From Nitrospirales bacterium (lineage in GTDB: Bacteria > Nitrospirota > Nitrospiria > Nitrospirales > UBA8639), in assembly GCA_965203295.1 (NCBI GenBank), contig CBDBCZ010000012.1, positions 288,001-352,000 of the forward strand: a DNA stretch of 64,000 bases, in the 5' to 3' direction. Position 1 is the stretch's first letter. Each line of letters opens with the position of its first letter. Shown here in pieces: positions 52,281-64,000 of the stretch. Both the position numbers and the translations under genes were made by a program. A model generated the notes under the pieces. It searched no databases, was not told the DNA's origin, and worked only from the letters and a program-made list of their open reading frames with translations.

Positions 52281-54921
52281 GTCTGCAGAAAGTGGACGGA
52301 ATTCACTAGTGCATAACTCTGGAACATAACACTTACAGTGCAATCAAACTTGAAATAACATCTAAGTATACTAGTTTTCTAATACCAAGTTAAATATTGT
52401 ATGGTCATTTGTCTGCCGTGTTTGAATCACATCATTATTAAATAATTTCCCTTCATTTAGTGCTGACTGGTACGTAGATGTTACACTTTTTAGTCGTCAT
52501 GGATCACCATACAGTTATTCATATCACTCTCCTCCCCTTTTTTCACTACATGTTTAACCCAGACTAGAAAAAGGAAAACCTGAGAACCAGGCAACTAAGT
52601 ACCGCTACACATATACTGATTATAGTCTTGTAACTGTGAGTAAATATAGAATATTTGATTAGCTAGGAATATTTCTCAATAAGTTAATTTATGAATGCCA
52701 GAATTGGTGGGCCGAACTGATGTACCCAAATACCATTCATCAGCATTGTGCTGCAAATTTACCCTTGCTTGGCCTGTGATCTGTGTATGCTGTAGTGATG
52801 ATATGCTGTCAATGGCATACACACTGAATGCCTTAGGCCGTATTTTGTCTTAATTAATTGCTAGACAAAATGACTGAATTGCACTTCCAAGGGGAAAGAT
52901 TGTCAGTGAAGAGAGCGAGTGCGCCAAGAAATCAGCAAATAGAGAAGCAAGTGAAGTCTTAGACTGAGTGTGTAAGGATTACCACATGTGCTAGGCTACT
53001 TTGTTTATTCATGCAGTGAAATTTGCATAGCTAATGACAACATAGTATCCAGACACACATATTATAAGATTATTGCACAGTACAGTCACTGATACAATAG
53101 TCAACTTAAAAATGATATAGCTGTTTGGAAACTCTAAAGTGAAAACCGGTGGGTATCCTCCAACTGAGGTGCAAGGTTTCCTAATCAGTGCTGCATGTGT
53201 CTGATTTTCATGAGACTAGTTACTGGATTTGTATACAGGTGATGGCTGTCGGTTTGTATACAACAGAAGCAAGATACATGATCCTGTCCTCCAGTTGCTA
53301 TGTTGAGTCCCATGTTATAGTAGACTCACACAAGGGTATGGCATAAGTACTATAGTCTCAAAAATAAATATGCAGATCAAAATTTGCTTTACGGTATGAA
53401 ATGAGATCTCCATACATAGTTACATCAAGGATTAAAACCCTAAAAAGTCAGCAACTTCAGCAATTTCTCTCTTTCTGGCTTCCTGATGAGCCCACCTATC
53501 TTCTGCCAGACGTGGGGAGAGATTCCATTTGTCATGAACCAAATGTTGGTTACATGATGGACACTTTTTTCCACCTATGCAAAGGAGGGATCCAGATTTA
53601 AAATCAAGTTATAAAGTTCTACAGCAGCAGGTGGAACTGAATTGCTGCATTACACCCACCTGTGTGCCACAGGAAGGAAATGGGAGGTATGGTTTGTGCT
53701 CATTTCAATAAGGAAAATGCGTACCTAAAGGAGGTTCTTGGCCGGATATAGTAAATTACCGGTAACAGATGTGTTGATAGAGATAAAGATTACCAATTAA
53801 CACCGTCCTTTCTAAATCTCGCAGCCCAGTAAATTACATACGTACACGTATGCAGCTGTATGGGGCTGATATTCCTGTCATTTGCTTTTATCGGTCCTAT
53901 TTAAGCCTCTGAGCTTCTGCTGAGCGCTTCATAAATGAATGGATGTGTTACTACTATTGATTTTTCATGCTTATGAATTGTTTCACAACCCTGGAACTGA
54001 TTATCAAGTATGTTATAATGGGAAATATGGCAGCACTAAGAGTCAGTAATGGCACAATCAAATCGAATTATGACAATATTTGTTGGGTTGTCATCACAAC
54101 ATTATTGCACAGTAAATGGCAGTAACGCAAACGAAAATACCACTGGCACTGAAAAAGGTTGTGAAGTGAAGCAGATGGCTCCATGAATTTTGTCGAAAGT
54201 ATTTGTACATATAGTTAGGCACGTAGGCTGTATATCATGGAGTATGGTAGTACTCCATATGTAGTGATGGCACAGGGAAATAATGGCCACTTCATATAAC
54301 ACACATAAAATCATATCTTCAGAACACTATATACTCAAGATGTACTCATTAGCGACCTGTATGAGCTATACTCAACTGTTAACTTTTTTTTTCTTCAGCC
54401 AGTTTAGCACAATAATTACTTCAATGATGCAAACACGCTTTTTTCTCAGGCTGTGTATGTATGTATTGTCACCTAAGGATGCACATAAGTGCATATCGCA
54501 CGTAGCGATCGTGCATCATCCTTCGAACCAAACTGTCACTTTGGAAAACTAAACACTATGATTGGTTGATACAGGAAGTGTGGCACAGCCATGTTGGTAA
54601 TACAACTGGCTGCTTTATTCACTGTATTCAGCTTACACCATGTGTGTGATATCGTTTATTTTGCATGCACCTAGATCAGAATGTTTCTAGCTTTTTGGTT
54701 GGTGCACTGAACATTGGACTAGTGCCTGAAGCATCTGCTCCTATGGCCCCTGATCCATTGTATAGTTTGTTGCTATAAAGTTGAGTCATGAATACACCCT
54801 ACATAGCCAAGCCCAGGTCATGATTCAGAATCTGTTGTATACCACATTTATCTACAGCTCTGCTCACCCACTGTACTTTGTACTTGGGTAGTGGTAAGAA
54901 CTACTATATGCATTCTCGCCA

Positions 54922-55102
54922 TCCATGACAGATGGACAGACAAACTATAAAAGATTAAAGTATTGACATGCAACTAGATGTCCATGACAGATGGACAGAC
55001 AAACTATAAAAGATTAAAGTATTGACATGCAACTAGATGTCCATGACAGATGGACAGACAAACTATAAAAGATTAAAGTATTGACATGCAACTAGATGTC
55101 CA
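54922..55102. repeat. Minisatellite of three identical 59-bp units
   Basis: Units start at 54922, 54981 and 55040. Confidence 0.97.
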
Positions 55103-55302
55103 AAAAACCTGGCATCTTTAGGCAAGATTTCTTTGGTGTTGAATTTGCTTGTAGTAACGTAATAATTGCACGAATGAACCTTAGGCTATCAGATACTGAG
55201 GTATGAAGCCTGGCTCTACATCCATTAGGGAATGATAAGCTAAATTTCTCATCACACACTTTATAGAACTAAGGCAGCTGTTGTGTACTGATAATACGTC
55301 AC

Positions 55303-55800
55303 AATAATAAACTCGTACTGCTGTTGTAGCGCTTACGCCATTGACCACACACCCACATATGTAGGCTCAGCTTATAGGATCTGAAGACAGAGGACAGCAA
55401 CTATATAAATGTTGCACCATCCTGATCACCATATAATTATTCTTCCCAGATTATTTATAAAACTGTTACTAAAGTATAACTATCACAATTCTAACACCCT
55501 GAAATAAAGCCTGTTCTGTTAAAATTATTGAGTGCACTAAACTTCAATCTCACCCCCTCCCCCCAATGGTATACTATCATACAAAGGACATTCCTAAAGC
55601 ACGTGTACTACATTCCCACATTCATTCCACATGACTCACACTGCCTATCATCATTTATACCCCTCTGTCTTTCTAACTCTTCATTGAGATCATTACTTAT
55701 TTTTTAGCTGCTCCTAGTTGAATAGATTTTAAGGAGAGAAGTTGTCTGCCATTTCTTACAAGCCCACACTTCACTACTGTATTATAAAGTACGACGAAGT
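55303..55800 (-). mobile_element. Degenerate LINE 3' fragment
   Basis: Reverse complement of the family 3' end (GCGCTTACGCCATTGACCACACACCCACAT). Confidence 0.8.
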
Positions 55801-57760
55801 GTAAAAACTAAGTAATATTTAGATACCAGTTTGCAGCGATTACGGGATTTATTTAGTGCACGAGGACAATTAAGTAACGGTCAAGGGCGAATAATGCACT
55901 TGGATTGTGCCCACTAGGGCTTGAGCTGCTACATGAAGTTTAGCTGGAATACACTTACTTACGTGGCTGATTATATTTGGTTGTCACAAGTACTAGTCCA
56001 AACGGCTTCTGGCCAGAGGTGCTGTTGAAAAAAATAACCATACGCATATTCTTGTGTAGCCTGATTTCAACTGGTGTCAGCATAAAAGAAAGATTCACCC
56101 AGTCACTCATCTGTAAGTATGTAGGTTCTAATGGGATTAGAAGTAGGGTAAATGTAAATGAGGGGGTGTCCAGATGGTGGGGTTACCTCATTCTCTGGGC
56201 CTTTTCTGTCTGCCTTTATTATGTATCACAAACTACTGTTGTCTGCTTGCTATGCATACAAGCACAGGCAGAAAACCGTAGGAATGAGATTTATCACACG
56301 TCTGGACAAACCCTACTGTCCGGACACCCTCTCACTTACTCTACTGGAGGTTCATCCAAACAAAACCCAGACACTCGCTGTACTGCACTGTACATATGCT
56401 CCACTTTAAAACAACTCAATCATTAGCCCACACAACCGTAATACACAATGGGCATTCCCTCCAAAAAATAGCAGGAATACGTTTTGAAAGAGCATGTAGG
56501 GATAAATCCTTAAAACAGTAACCAAACAAGGTAGAAATGACACCACAGAACTTTCACAAATTAGCTACCATCCCTACATCAATATCTTGCCAACCACACA
56601 CACTCCATGCCACAACAATATCATATACAGGCACCTGACCCCACACTGGAATCCTTAGCAGTAACTTGCACTGTATATAGACTCAACACTCCTTTCAGCA
56701 CACCAAGATTGCCATGTTCATCAGCATTGGTAATTGTAGCTAGTCACATCGTAATCCCACCAGCCATATTCACAAATACAGGATATAAGCCGTAGTCTGA
56801 ATAATGGATATAAGAATGTTATTTTGTGGCTTGGTATCATTGCACAAAGTAAAAATAATTCTCTCTTATAATTTTCAGAATTGATCAATGGCTACAATTA
56901 TCAGTGTTCACACTCAACTGGCTTTTAAACTGTACATATCACATATGAGTTATAATATACCATGCAATACTTCAAGAGCACATATGCAAACGTTTGTACT
57001 TGACCACAAATACATGTCATGTATTATGGACACCCTGAACTTAGCAGCACATTAGCCTTTGATGCATACTCGTGAACCAGAAGTGGTGATGGGCTGAATA
57101 ATGGAAAGAGGGAGGGACTGCTGTCGGCTGCAGATGAAACTACACTGGAAGAAGTCAATGCTTGCAAAATGAGATCAAAATAGGAGAAGGTGAAGTGCTT
57201 ATGGATGCTAAACTTGGCATAGGGAAGGAATTACTGATGGCTTGAGATGAGAACTTCTCCGATGTTATTACAGCAGTGTGATGAACATCAGCTTTCGTGA
57301 AGTTCACAATAAAACATCTCACATGTGCCATGAATAGACAAAAATCATATATCCTTGTGGTCAAAAATGTCAGTACATCACTTTTCACAGACAGCTCTGT
57401 AGGCCTGCCAACAGCTGGTATATAGACCGAGGTAGATACGATTTAGGGTCTTGCCACCGTACCACCCTTATAAATTGAGCAATCCCATGAGTGAGCAAAT
57501 TCACTTCGGGCATGTCAAACAGGTACTTGAGGAATGCTCTCCAGCAACATTACAATTTTGTTACAGATGAAAACACTCAAAAATGACAAGTTTGGCTGAA
57601 ATATAGAGCAGACTTTTCAACACACCATTTTTTACATGTTACATGCAGCGTCCAAATTCTCTGTGGTATCCTTACAAATGGAATACTACCATACGTTTTG
57701 ATTACGTGCTTGCATAAAATCTGAACGACCACACGTCCAGATACATTATGTACAACTCAC

Positions 57761-60700
57761 CAGGAAAGCAATTGATAGCTTGTATTTCAAAACAGCAATC
57801 TCTAAATCTATGGTCACAGTAACAGCCATTCTTTGATTCACAGGGTCACAGCATGTGGTGAAGCCTGCATTAACACGGGGACCTGTAGGAAAGTGATGGC
57901 TACAGTACAAATAGCTAGTAACTACATGTAGTATGTCCTTGTCTATTTATGAGTCAAGCTACCTATACTCTTGCACTAGCTCATGTATGGTTTCTTGTTG
58001 AGTTTGTATCAATGTGTCAGTTGTTGGTGTCAGGATATATTGGGTTGGAAAAATCAAAGTTTTTGTAGGTTGACCATCGAACCATTTTTTGGCACAGAAG
58101 TGACAGACTTCGACCTAGCAGCCCTGAATTTCAGGGGCATATGCTTGTGTACTCAGATGGATTTGCAATTTTATGTCTTTGCTATACCACATTTCAAGAG
58201 GGTTTCTACATTCTCAACATTTCTACTCAACAAAGATAGCTAAGTAGTAGTCTACTGTGTGTTTCATCAAGTGTTGTTCTGTGTGTATAAGGATAGAACA
58301 ATTAGATTGTGACTTTCAAGCAGCACTAGTACTGCCCTCACGTCCAGTGATACAAGTGCAATTGAAGCTTCCTTCAGTGTCTGAGCAGATTCCATTTATA
58401 TCACAGATATCAGTTCCTCTTACACATTCATTGATGTCTGTATGGAGTGAAATGCAGTAGAGAATACAGACTGATATAGCTTCATTAGAGCTTCATCAGA
58501 GGCACTGAAAACTGCTGCTGCAATCTTCTGAAATATGGATAGATACATTAGAAAATGTGCCCACCCCACTAATCAGTGCAATTATCATAATGGAGTTCAT
58601 TCTTATACAATTAGTGGCACTCCTTCACAGCCATGAATACAGCTCCTGCTGAAGCTACGTACATGTTACATCACAAGAGAGTGCATGGTTGAGTCCAGCT
58701 AGTTGACACTTTCAAGAAGCATAGTAAACATGATTAAGAATGACTTAAAGTAAGTCAAGGCATTGTTTGATATGTACTGTAGTGTCGAGCGATTGTAGAA
58801 CTCTACATAATGTAGTATCCCCACAGAACACTAATTTTGTTTTCTTGCAATCTGGGAGACAAAATATGCAAACAAAGTAGAGGTATTAGCTTTCCCGGAC
58901 ATTTATGTAGGGGTATTGAAGCCAGTTTGCTAAATACTTCCATATTGGTTTGTTTTACAGTTGTAACCATCTCCCTCATGACCACCAAAACAGATACAGC
59001 AATTATTTCCATCAGCGTCTCTATATAGATTCTGTGTGGTCATTGCAGCTGTCCAATGCACTCATACACCTATCTATATCGATTCGCTGTAAAGTTATGC
59101 AATTAGCTGGTTTTTAAAACCCCAGTAGTATATCACACACGTAATGGTGTAAGCATTTGACACAATCTTTGTAGACAGGAACAACAGATAGATAATGTAA
59201 GAGTTAAACAGGAAGCTAGTTTTTAGATATGTATGTATCATCATGCTCCTGAAATTTTTAATGTACGAATGTACATGGCAGCCTGTGGACATACCATTGC
59301 GAGTGAGTCCATCAGTGTCCAGAAGATAGCCAGGCAGGCAGGAGCAGAGGAAGCTACCAACAGAATTGCTGCAAAACTGAGTACACCCTCCATTACTGTC
59401 TACACATTCATGAATATCTGCAAGCAGATAAAGTAGCAGTTATAGGAAGAGCTTAACCTGTACTCTTGTGCAGAGTGAATGTACCACAGTATGGTTTCTT
59501 GTTGCTTGGGATACATACGTAGTAATCATTTCACTACCATTACATATATAAATATACGTACATATGATACGTACGTATACTTTAATGAAGAGAACATCTT
59601 TTGCCACACCAATTCATGAAAGAACACAACATACGTACCACACTGCTAGGTACTAATATATTAATCAATTAACACAAGTGCAGGTTTCCTGATCATGAGT
59701 AAAAGGACAATTTAAGGCAAACAGAACAAAAATAAAGTAAGGCAACCTCTCTTATTCAGGCATGTTAGAAGCCAATTTTACAATCACTGCACAGAATATA
59801 CTCAAGGAAATTTAATGAAGTATTTCAACTGGTGGTTACATTCTCATTCGAATCCATGCTGCATGGAAATAGAAAGACTAGCGGATTGATAAGCTTGCCT
59901 AAGACAGGAAACTTACTTATTTACAATGCCAGTCCAATCTACTGGTGTTCTTAACTGCTTTGCTTTTACATACAGTTATACGTATATATCAGCCTTGCTT
60001 TCTTCTTCAGTTGTCCATGCACACTTACTAATAACATCCTGTACGTAATATCAACATAATATACAGACATTATACGAACACTTTTGACCAAGAAATTTTA
60101 TCATATGTACATGTACCTCCAATTTCAATATTGATGCCATCCACTCGAAATATCCACATCCCTGGCACTGTGTAAAATATCCTCCGTATAAGAGCCTGGA
60201 ATTTCATCAAACTCTATTCCAATCCTAAATCCAACTGCAGCAAAATCATTCACATCGCTGAGTCCACTCCCTCCAGACCCTGAGCCACGACTTTGTGAAT
60301 CAGCCATTGCCCACTGCATTTTCATTGTGTCCACTCTATCAATTTAAGACAAGTTGTTTGTACCTTCATTTTGTTTAGTCCATACTAGCTATATAAAGTG
60401 ATTCACAATTCTTGTTTAGCTGCTGACTTTCGGAGCGTGTGTTGCTATTGTAGGAGCCGACACCATCCCAGGTAGCAATAAAGAGGGAAGCAGGAGAAAA
60501 GTCACTAATGCTCTCAAAGTACTGTGCAAATCCAGTCATGAGGGGAACATCATTGGTCTGTCTGTAGAACACGGTTCCAGTTCCCCTTGCATCCACATTC
60601 ACTAAGAATGGTGCAATGAAGATCTCTTCTGTAGCGAAATGTATCAGTGTGCTCCGTGTATCAACCGCTAAGATATACGACTGATAGTTTACAAGGAGGA
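57761..60700 (-). pseudogene. Extracellular protein with NIDO, Ca-binding EGF repeats and a somatomedin-B-like module; degenerate
   Basis: NIDO: IAPFLVNVDARGTGTVFYRQT..LFIATWDGV and MQW..AAVGF..IPGS. EGF exons: ~59293-59417 (DIHECVDSNGGCTQFCSNSVGSFLCSCLPGY), ~58950-59088 (broken) and ~58310-58437 (DINECVRGTDICDINGICSDTEGSFNCTC). 57761-57883 reads TTCC..CYCD..DCC. Confidence 0.82.
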
Positions 60701-62034
60701 ACTGCATATCTAGACCTCTTTTCCCTCGCAGCACGCACATTCACAATTTAACACGCATTACTTATGTACCTACTCAAATCCAATTCCCCCAAGCAATTGA
60801 AACAGCCTGAAAACAGCTTTTCTACTAATTTGACTTTTCCAAACCTGAACTAAAAACAGTAAAGGAGCTAGTGCTTGCTTCTTGATTGCTAAAAGTATTG
60901 TTCTGCCTTCTGCGATAATTTCATATACTTCATATTTGCAAGCTTACATCTAAGTATGTAGCTGTCTCAACTGTAAGTATCTAAGTATGTGCATGTGTAC
61001 ACGTGGTCGCTGTTGTGAAATCATTTAAGGTGTGCGGGATTTCCAATCACCTTGATGGACAACCAAGTGTGTAATGCTGGGTATATCACAAAACAAATAC
61101 AGAACAAGGTAGATGAGGCAGAAGATAAGACTTTGTGCTCAATTTGAGCTGGCAGTGCTCTACTAGCACCATGCATTACTAGTCTTGGTCCCTGATGAGT
61201 TGGTTTAGTCAGTGAAGATATGCACATAGACATTGTGTTTTTCTTAGCACAGGTGGGTAGTATTTTTCCTGGTGTCACACCTTAAGGTAGCCCATGCATT
61301 GCTAATGACTGGGTGTTACATGTGCACTCCTTATGATAGTACATGCTTGTACTTGCACATGATTGTGTAACACCTGGAAAAGTACCACCTAAGAAAACCA
61401 CAATGTCTGCAATAAAACTGCACACAATGTAATATACTTACTAAAAAACTAGAGGGGTGTTTACACTAAATACTTGAATTTTGTTGTGTAGGAGGTAGTG
61501 TATGTACAGAGATAGCACGGATGAATGCCTCAATAGTTGTATAATGTTCTATTTTATTTTCATGTTCATTGAACAATATATAAGCATAGCAATACTAGCT
61601 ACAAGGTGTACACACATTTAATGTTCTGCTAACTAAGCTGAAGGCATGCATAGCATAGCATTGCCACTTACTAATCACCTTTTATCAGGAAAATAAACCT
61701 TGTACTAATTAATAATGATGAAAGTGGGAACACTTGCTATCTAGGTACCTTTCTTATGATGTAATGGGGGTTGCAAAGTCACATTATTGTACGTATGTCA
61801 TGCAGTACGTTAATACACAGGCTAGCTACATGTACACGCACATACGTCTCTTGGAATAAATGTGCACGCTGCATCACTGAAGGGCTGTCTAACCTCCTAC
61901 CATAACATTATATGACTTCTTGTCCAGATCTATCTTGCAGCAGTTTTACCCAACTGATAACTGCAAGATGAATTGTCTGGGTTGTGCACAATGTTAGAAC
62001 GCCCTACAACGTAGGATAACTACATGTATGTATA

Positions 62035-62430
62035 ATATTCTCATGTCGCTGCCGTAGCACTTATGCCATTGACCACACACCCACCTACACAGGCAGAGCT
62101 TGTAAGATTTCCAGTCAAAAGACAAGAGGAAGAGCAATCAGATGTTACAACATCACAAAATATCTTCTTAGTACCCAGATTAATAATACAACATCTTAGT
62201 AGTTTTAATAAAGCCTTAAAATCATACCTGTCCCAAATTTCACGCCCCAAAAACAAAGCCTGTTCTCTTAAAATTATTGAGTGTACTAAACTCTTCAGAA
62301 CCTCCCCCCCTCAAAACATTTTCAATAGTATCATACACAGAGCACTGCCAGAGCACATGTACTACACTTTCACATTCTTCTCCGCATAGCTTACACTGCC
62401 TATTATCATTTTTACCCTTATGTCCGCGGA
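62035..62430 (-). mobile_element. LINE 3' fragment
   Basis: CKLCGEECESVVHVLWQC ... GCVVNGISATAAT*. Confidence 0.9.
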
Positions 62431-63239
62431 CTTTCCCTGAAACTGTACAATAATTAATCATAATGGTCCCTGAAACATAGTATAAGTAATTGACCATTAA
62501 TTATCCTACCTTTCAGGGCAGTCTAACATTGTATAGTGGAGGCAAAAAGACAAGAGAACATGTGCTGTTATGTTTATGTGCATGGAAACATAAAATGTGT
62601 CCCCTGTAGCTAACCTCCCAGTACTTGAACTTTTAACCTTGCTGGTATGATAAGCTACAACAGTCATAATACAAATAATATTCATGAGAATGTTCATACA
62701 GGGTCTAGCCAGAAAATTGGTTACCAGACTGAGCTTACACTAAATAGTAATACTGCGCCAAGGTCCTCACCCAATGGCTCTACTAGACATACACATGCAC
62801 AGTGAGGCCTCGCGCAGACACGTGGAAAGCTAAATCGAGAGGAATCACAAACCACTCCCACTTTGGAAGCTGCTACAACAACGTGACTACACTTTCAGGC
62901 CAATAATGGAGCTGAGGTCGAGCCCTCATCCGGGTGGGCTATAGTAGTAACATACTAGGCAATTAAATTGCAGAAATGAGGACTATAGTTACCATTTCTA
63001 GCGATTTGATTGGCTAGTACATTACTACTATAATCTGAGTGAGAAAGAGATCACAGTAACAGTCTGCTACAAACTGTACTATGCTAATCAACTTCAGTGA
63101 AGATAACAAGGAAAGAGACGGGAAAACTATAGGGTCCAATGCGTTTTAATAGGGACAGGGATAAGTGTTCCATTTAGTAATTAGCCCTAGTATTCTACCC
63201 CTTGTTTTGTGGCTTGAATGTACGTAGGATGATTTTTAA

Positions 63240-64000
63240 GGTAGGAAGAGCCTCACCTTCGAATCCGCGTGATTCTCCTCATGAATAATTAATGAGACGA
63301 CGTCACTCACGTGGCGCTAATTAGATTCATTGATATGTTTGCATTTTCCCATGGCGGCAACCGGAATCAACAGGAGGGGTGTGTCACTTTGATGTGGATA
63401 GCGGCTCTTTCATATGCGATATCGGCACTTTGATGTGGTTGAGCAGTACTCTGATGTTGGCTTTCAACACTTTTTTTTTTTTTAAAAAAAAAAGAAGATA
63501 TGACATCATAGAATTGTGAGTAGGCTTTTTATGTCAGAATGGCTAGCTAGTGTGTTGTAGAAAGTTTGTTAGGCTGCCCGAGTGGCTAGAAGTCAGCCAG
63601 ACAGACGGCTAGTGGCAGGTTGTTGCCCATCTCAGGTAGGCTACAATAGTCGCCTTTCGGGTCTGTAGGCCCCGCCCATTTTTTCTTAATTAGCTCGAAT
63701 AGCTAGTTGTGTGAAAATCTGTGGAGATTTATAGGGAGAGCTTTGGTGGGTGGTTCTCAGAAACCGAGGGGTGAATGAAAAATCGCATCCCTAATATTTC
63801 TGGGAGTACATGTAGGTTGAAGTTTGTAATGCAGGGCTCGAATTCGTCAGGTGAGAGTGGGCGGTTGCCGATTTTTTTTGAAAGTCAGGATAGCAAAAAT
63901 GAGGGTTTTTGGGGTGGTTGGATGCGTTCAGGGCTGTAAAACTGGCTTTGAAGCATTCCTGTGAAAAAGCATCCTTACGTTTGTAGCCTTTCCTCTGTAG
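63240..64000 (+). repeat. Dispersed unclassified repeat, copy B
   Basis: Similar to 43700-44560 without the piggyBac-type insert. Confidence 0.8.

Noticed and set aside
54922..55102. CRISPR-like array
   Set aside because: The units are identical head to tail with no unique spacers, there are no cas genes, and the context is eukaryotic.

Overview
This is eukaryotic (animal; sponge-like by inference only) genomic DNA that is intron-rich and dominated by transposons, with no prokaryotic operons, rRNA or CRISPR. Main contents: (1) A decayed adhesion-GPCR (GAIN/GPS/7TM) gene on the minus strand (787-12515). Its 3' block is duplicated at 13285-29337, and the two copies lost complementary exons. 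(2) A complete 2.5-kb Tc1/IS630-type DNA transposon (14530-17015, TA-flanked, 24-bp TIRs) carrying two convergent genes: a DD34E transposase and a spliced accessory gene with a PB1-like N-terminus and a SHOCT-like C-terminus. This is the most unusual system in the window. (3) A Helitron2/Helentron-like composite around that transposon, with Rep, STPR-like and RPA-like zinc-ribbon remnants. (4) An APE-RT LINE family: one young 3.9-kb copy inserted into an older copy of itself, plus many relics. (5) A same-strand mosaic of intron-containing fragments of unrelated genes (MIB/HERC2 domain, TRAPPC13, RCL1, kinesin) at about 31-40 kb. (6) A degenerate NIDO/EGF/somatomedin-B-like gene at 57-61 kb. 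(7) Many MITEs and structured palindromic mini-elements. All protein family calls come from motif recognition by eye and have not been checked by database search.
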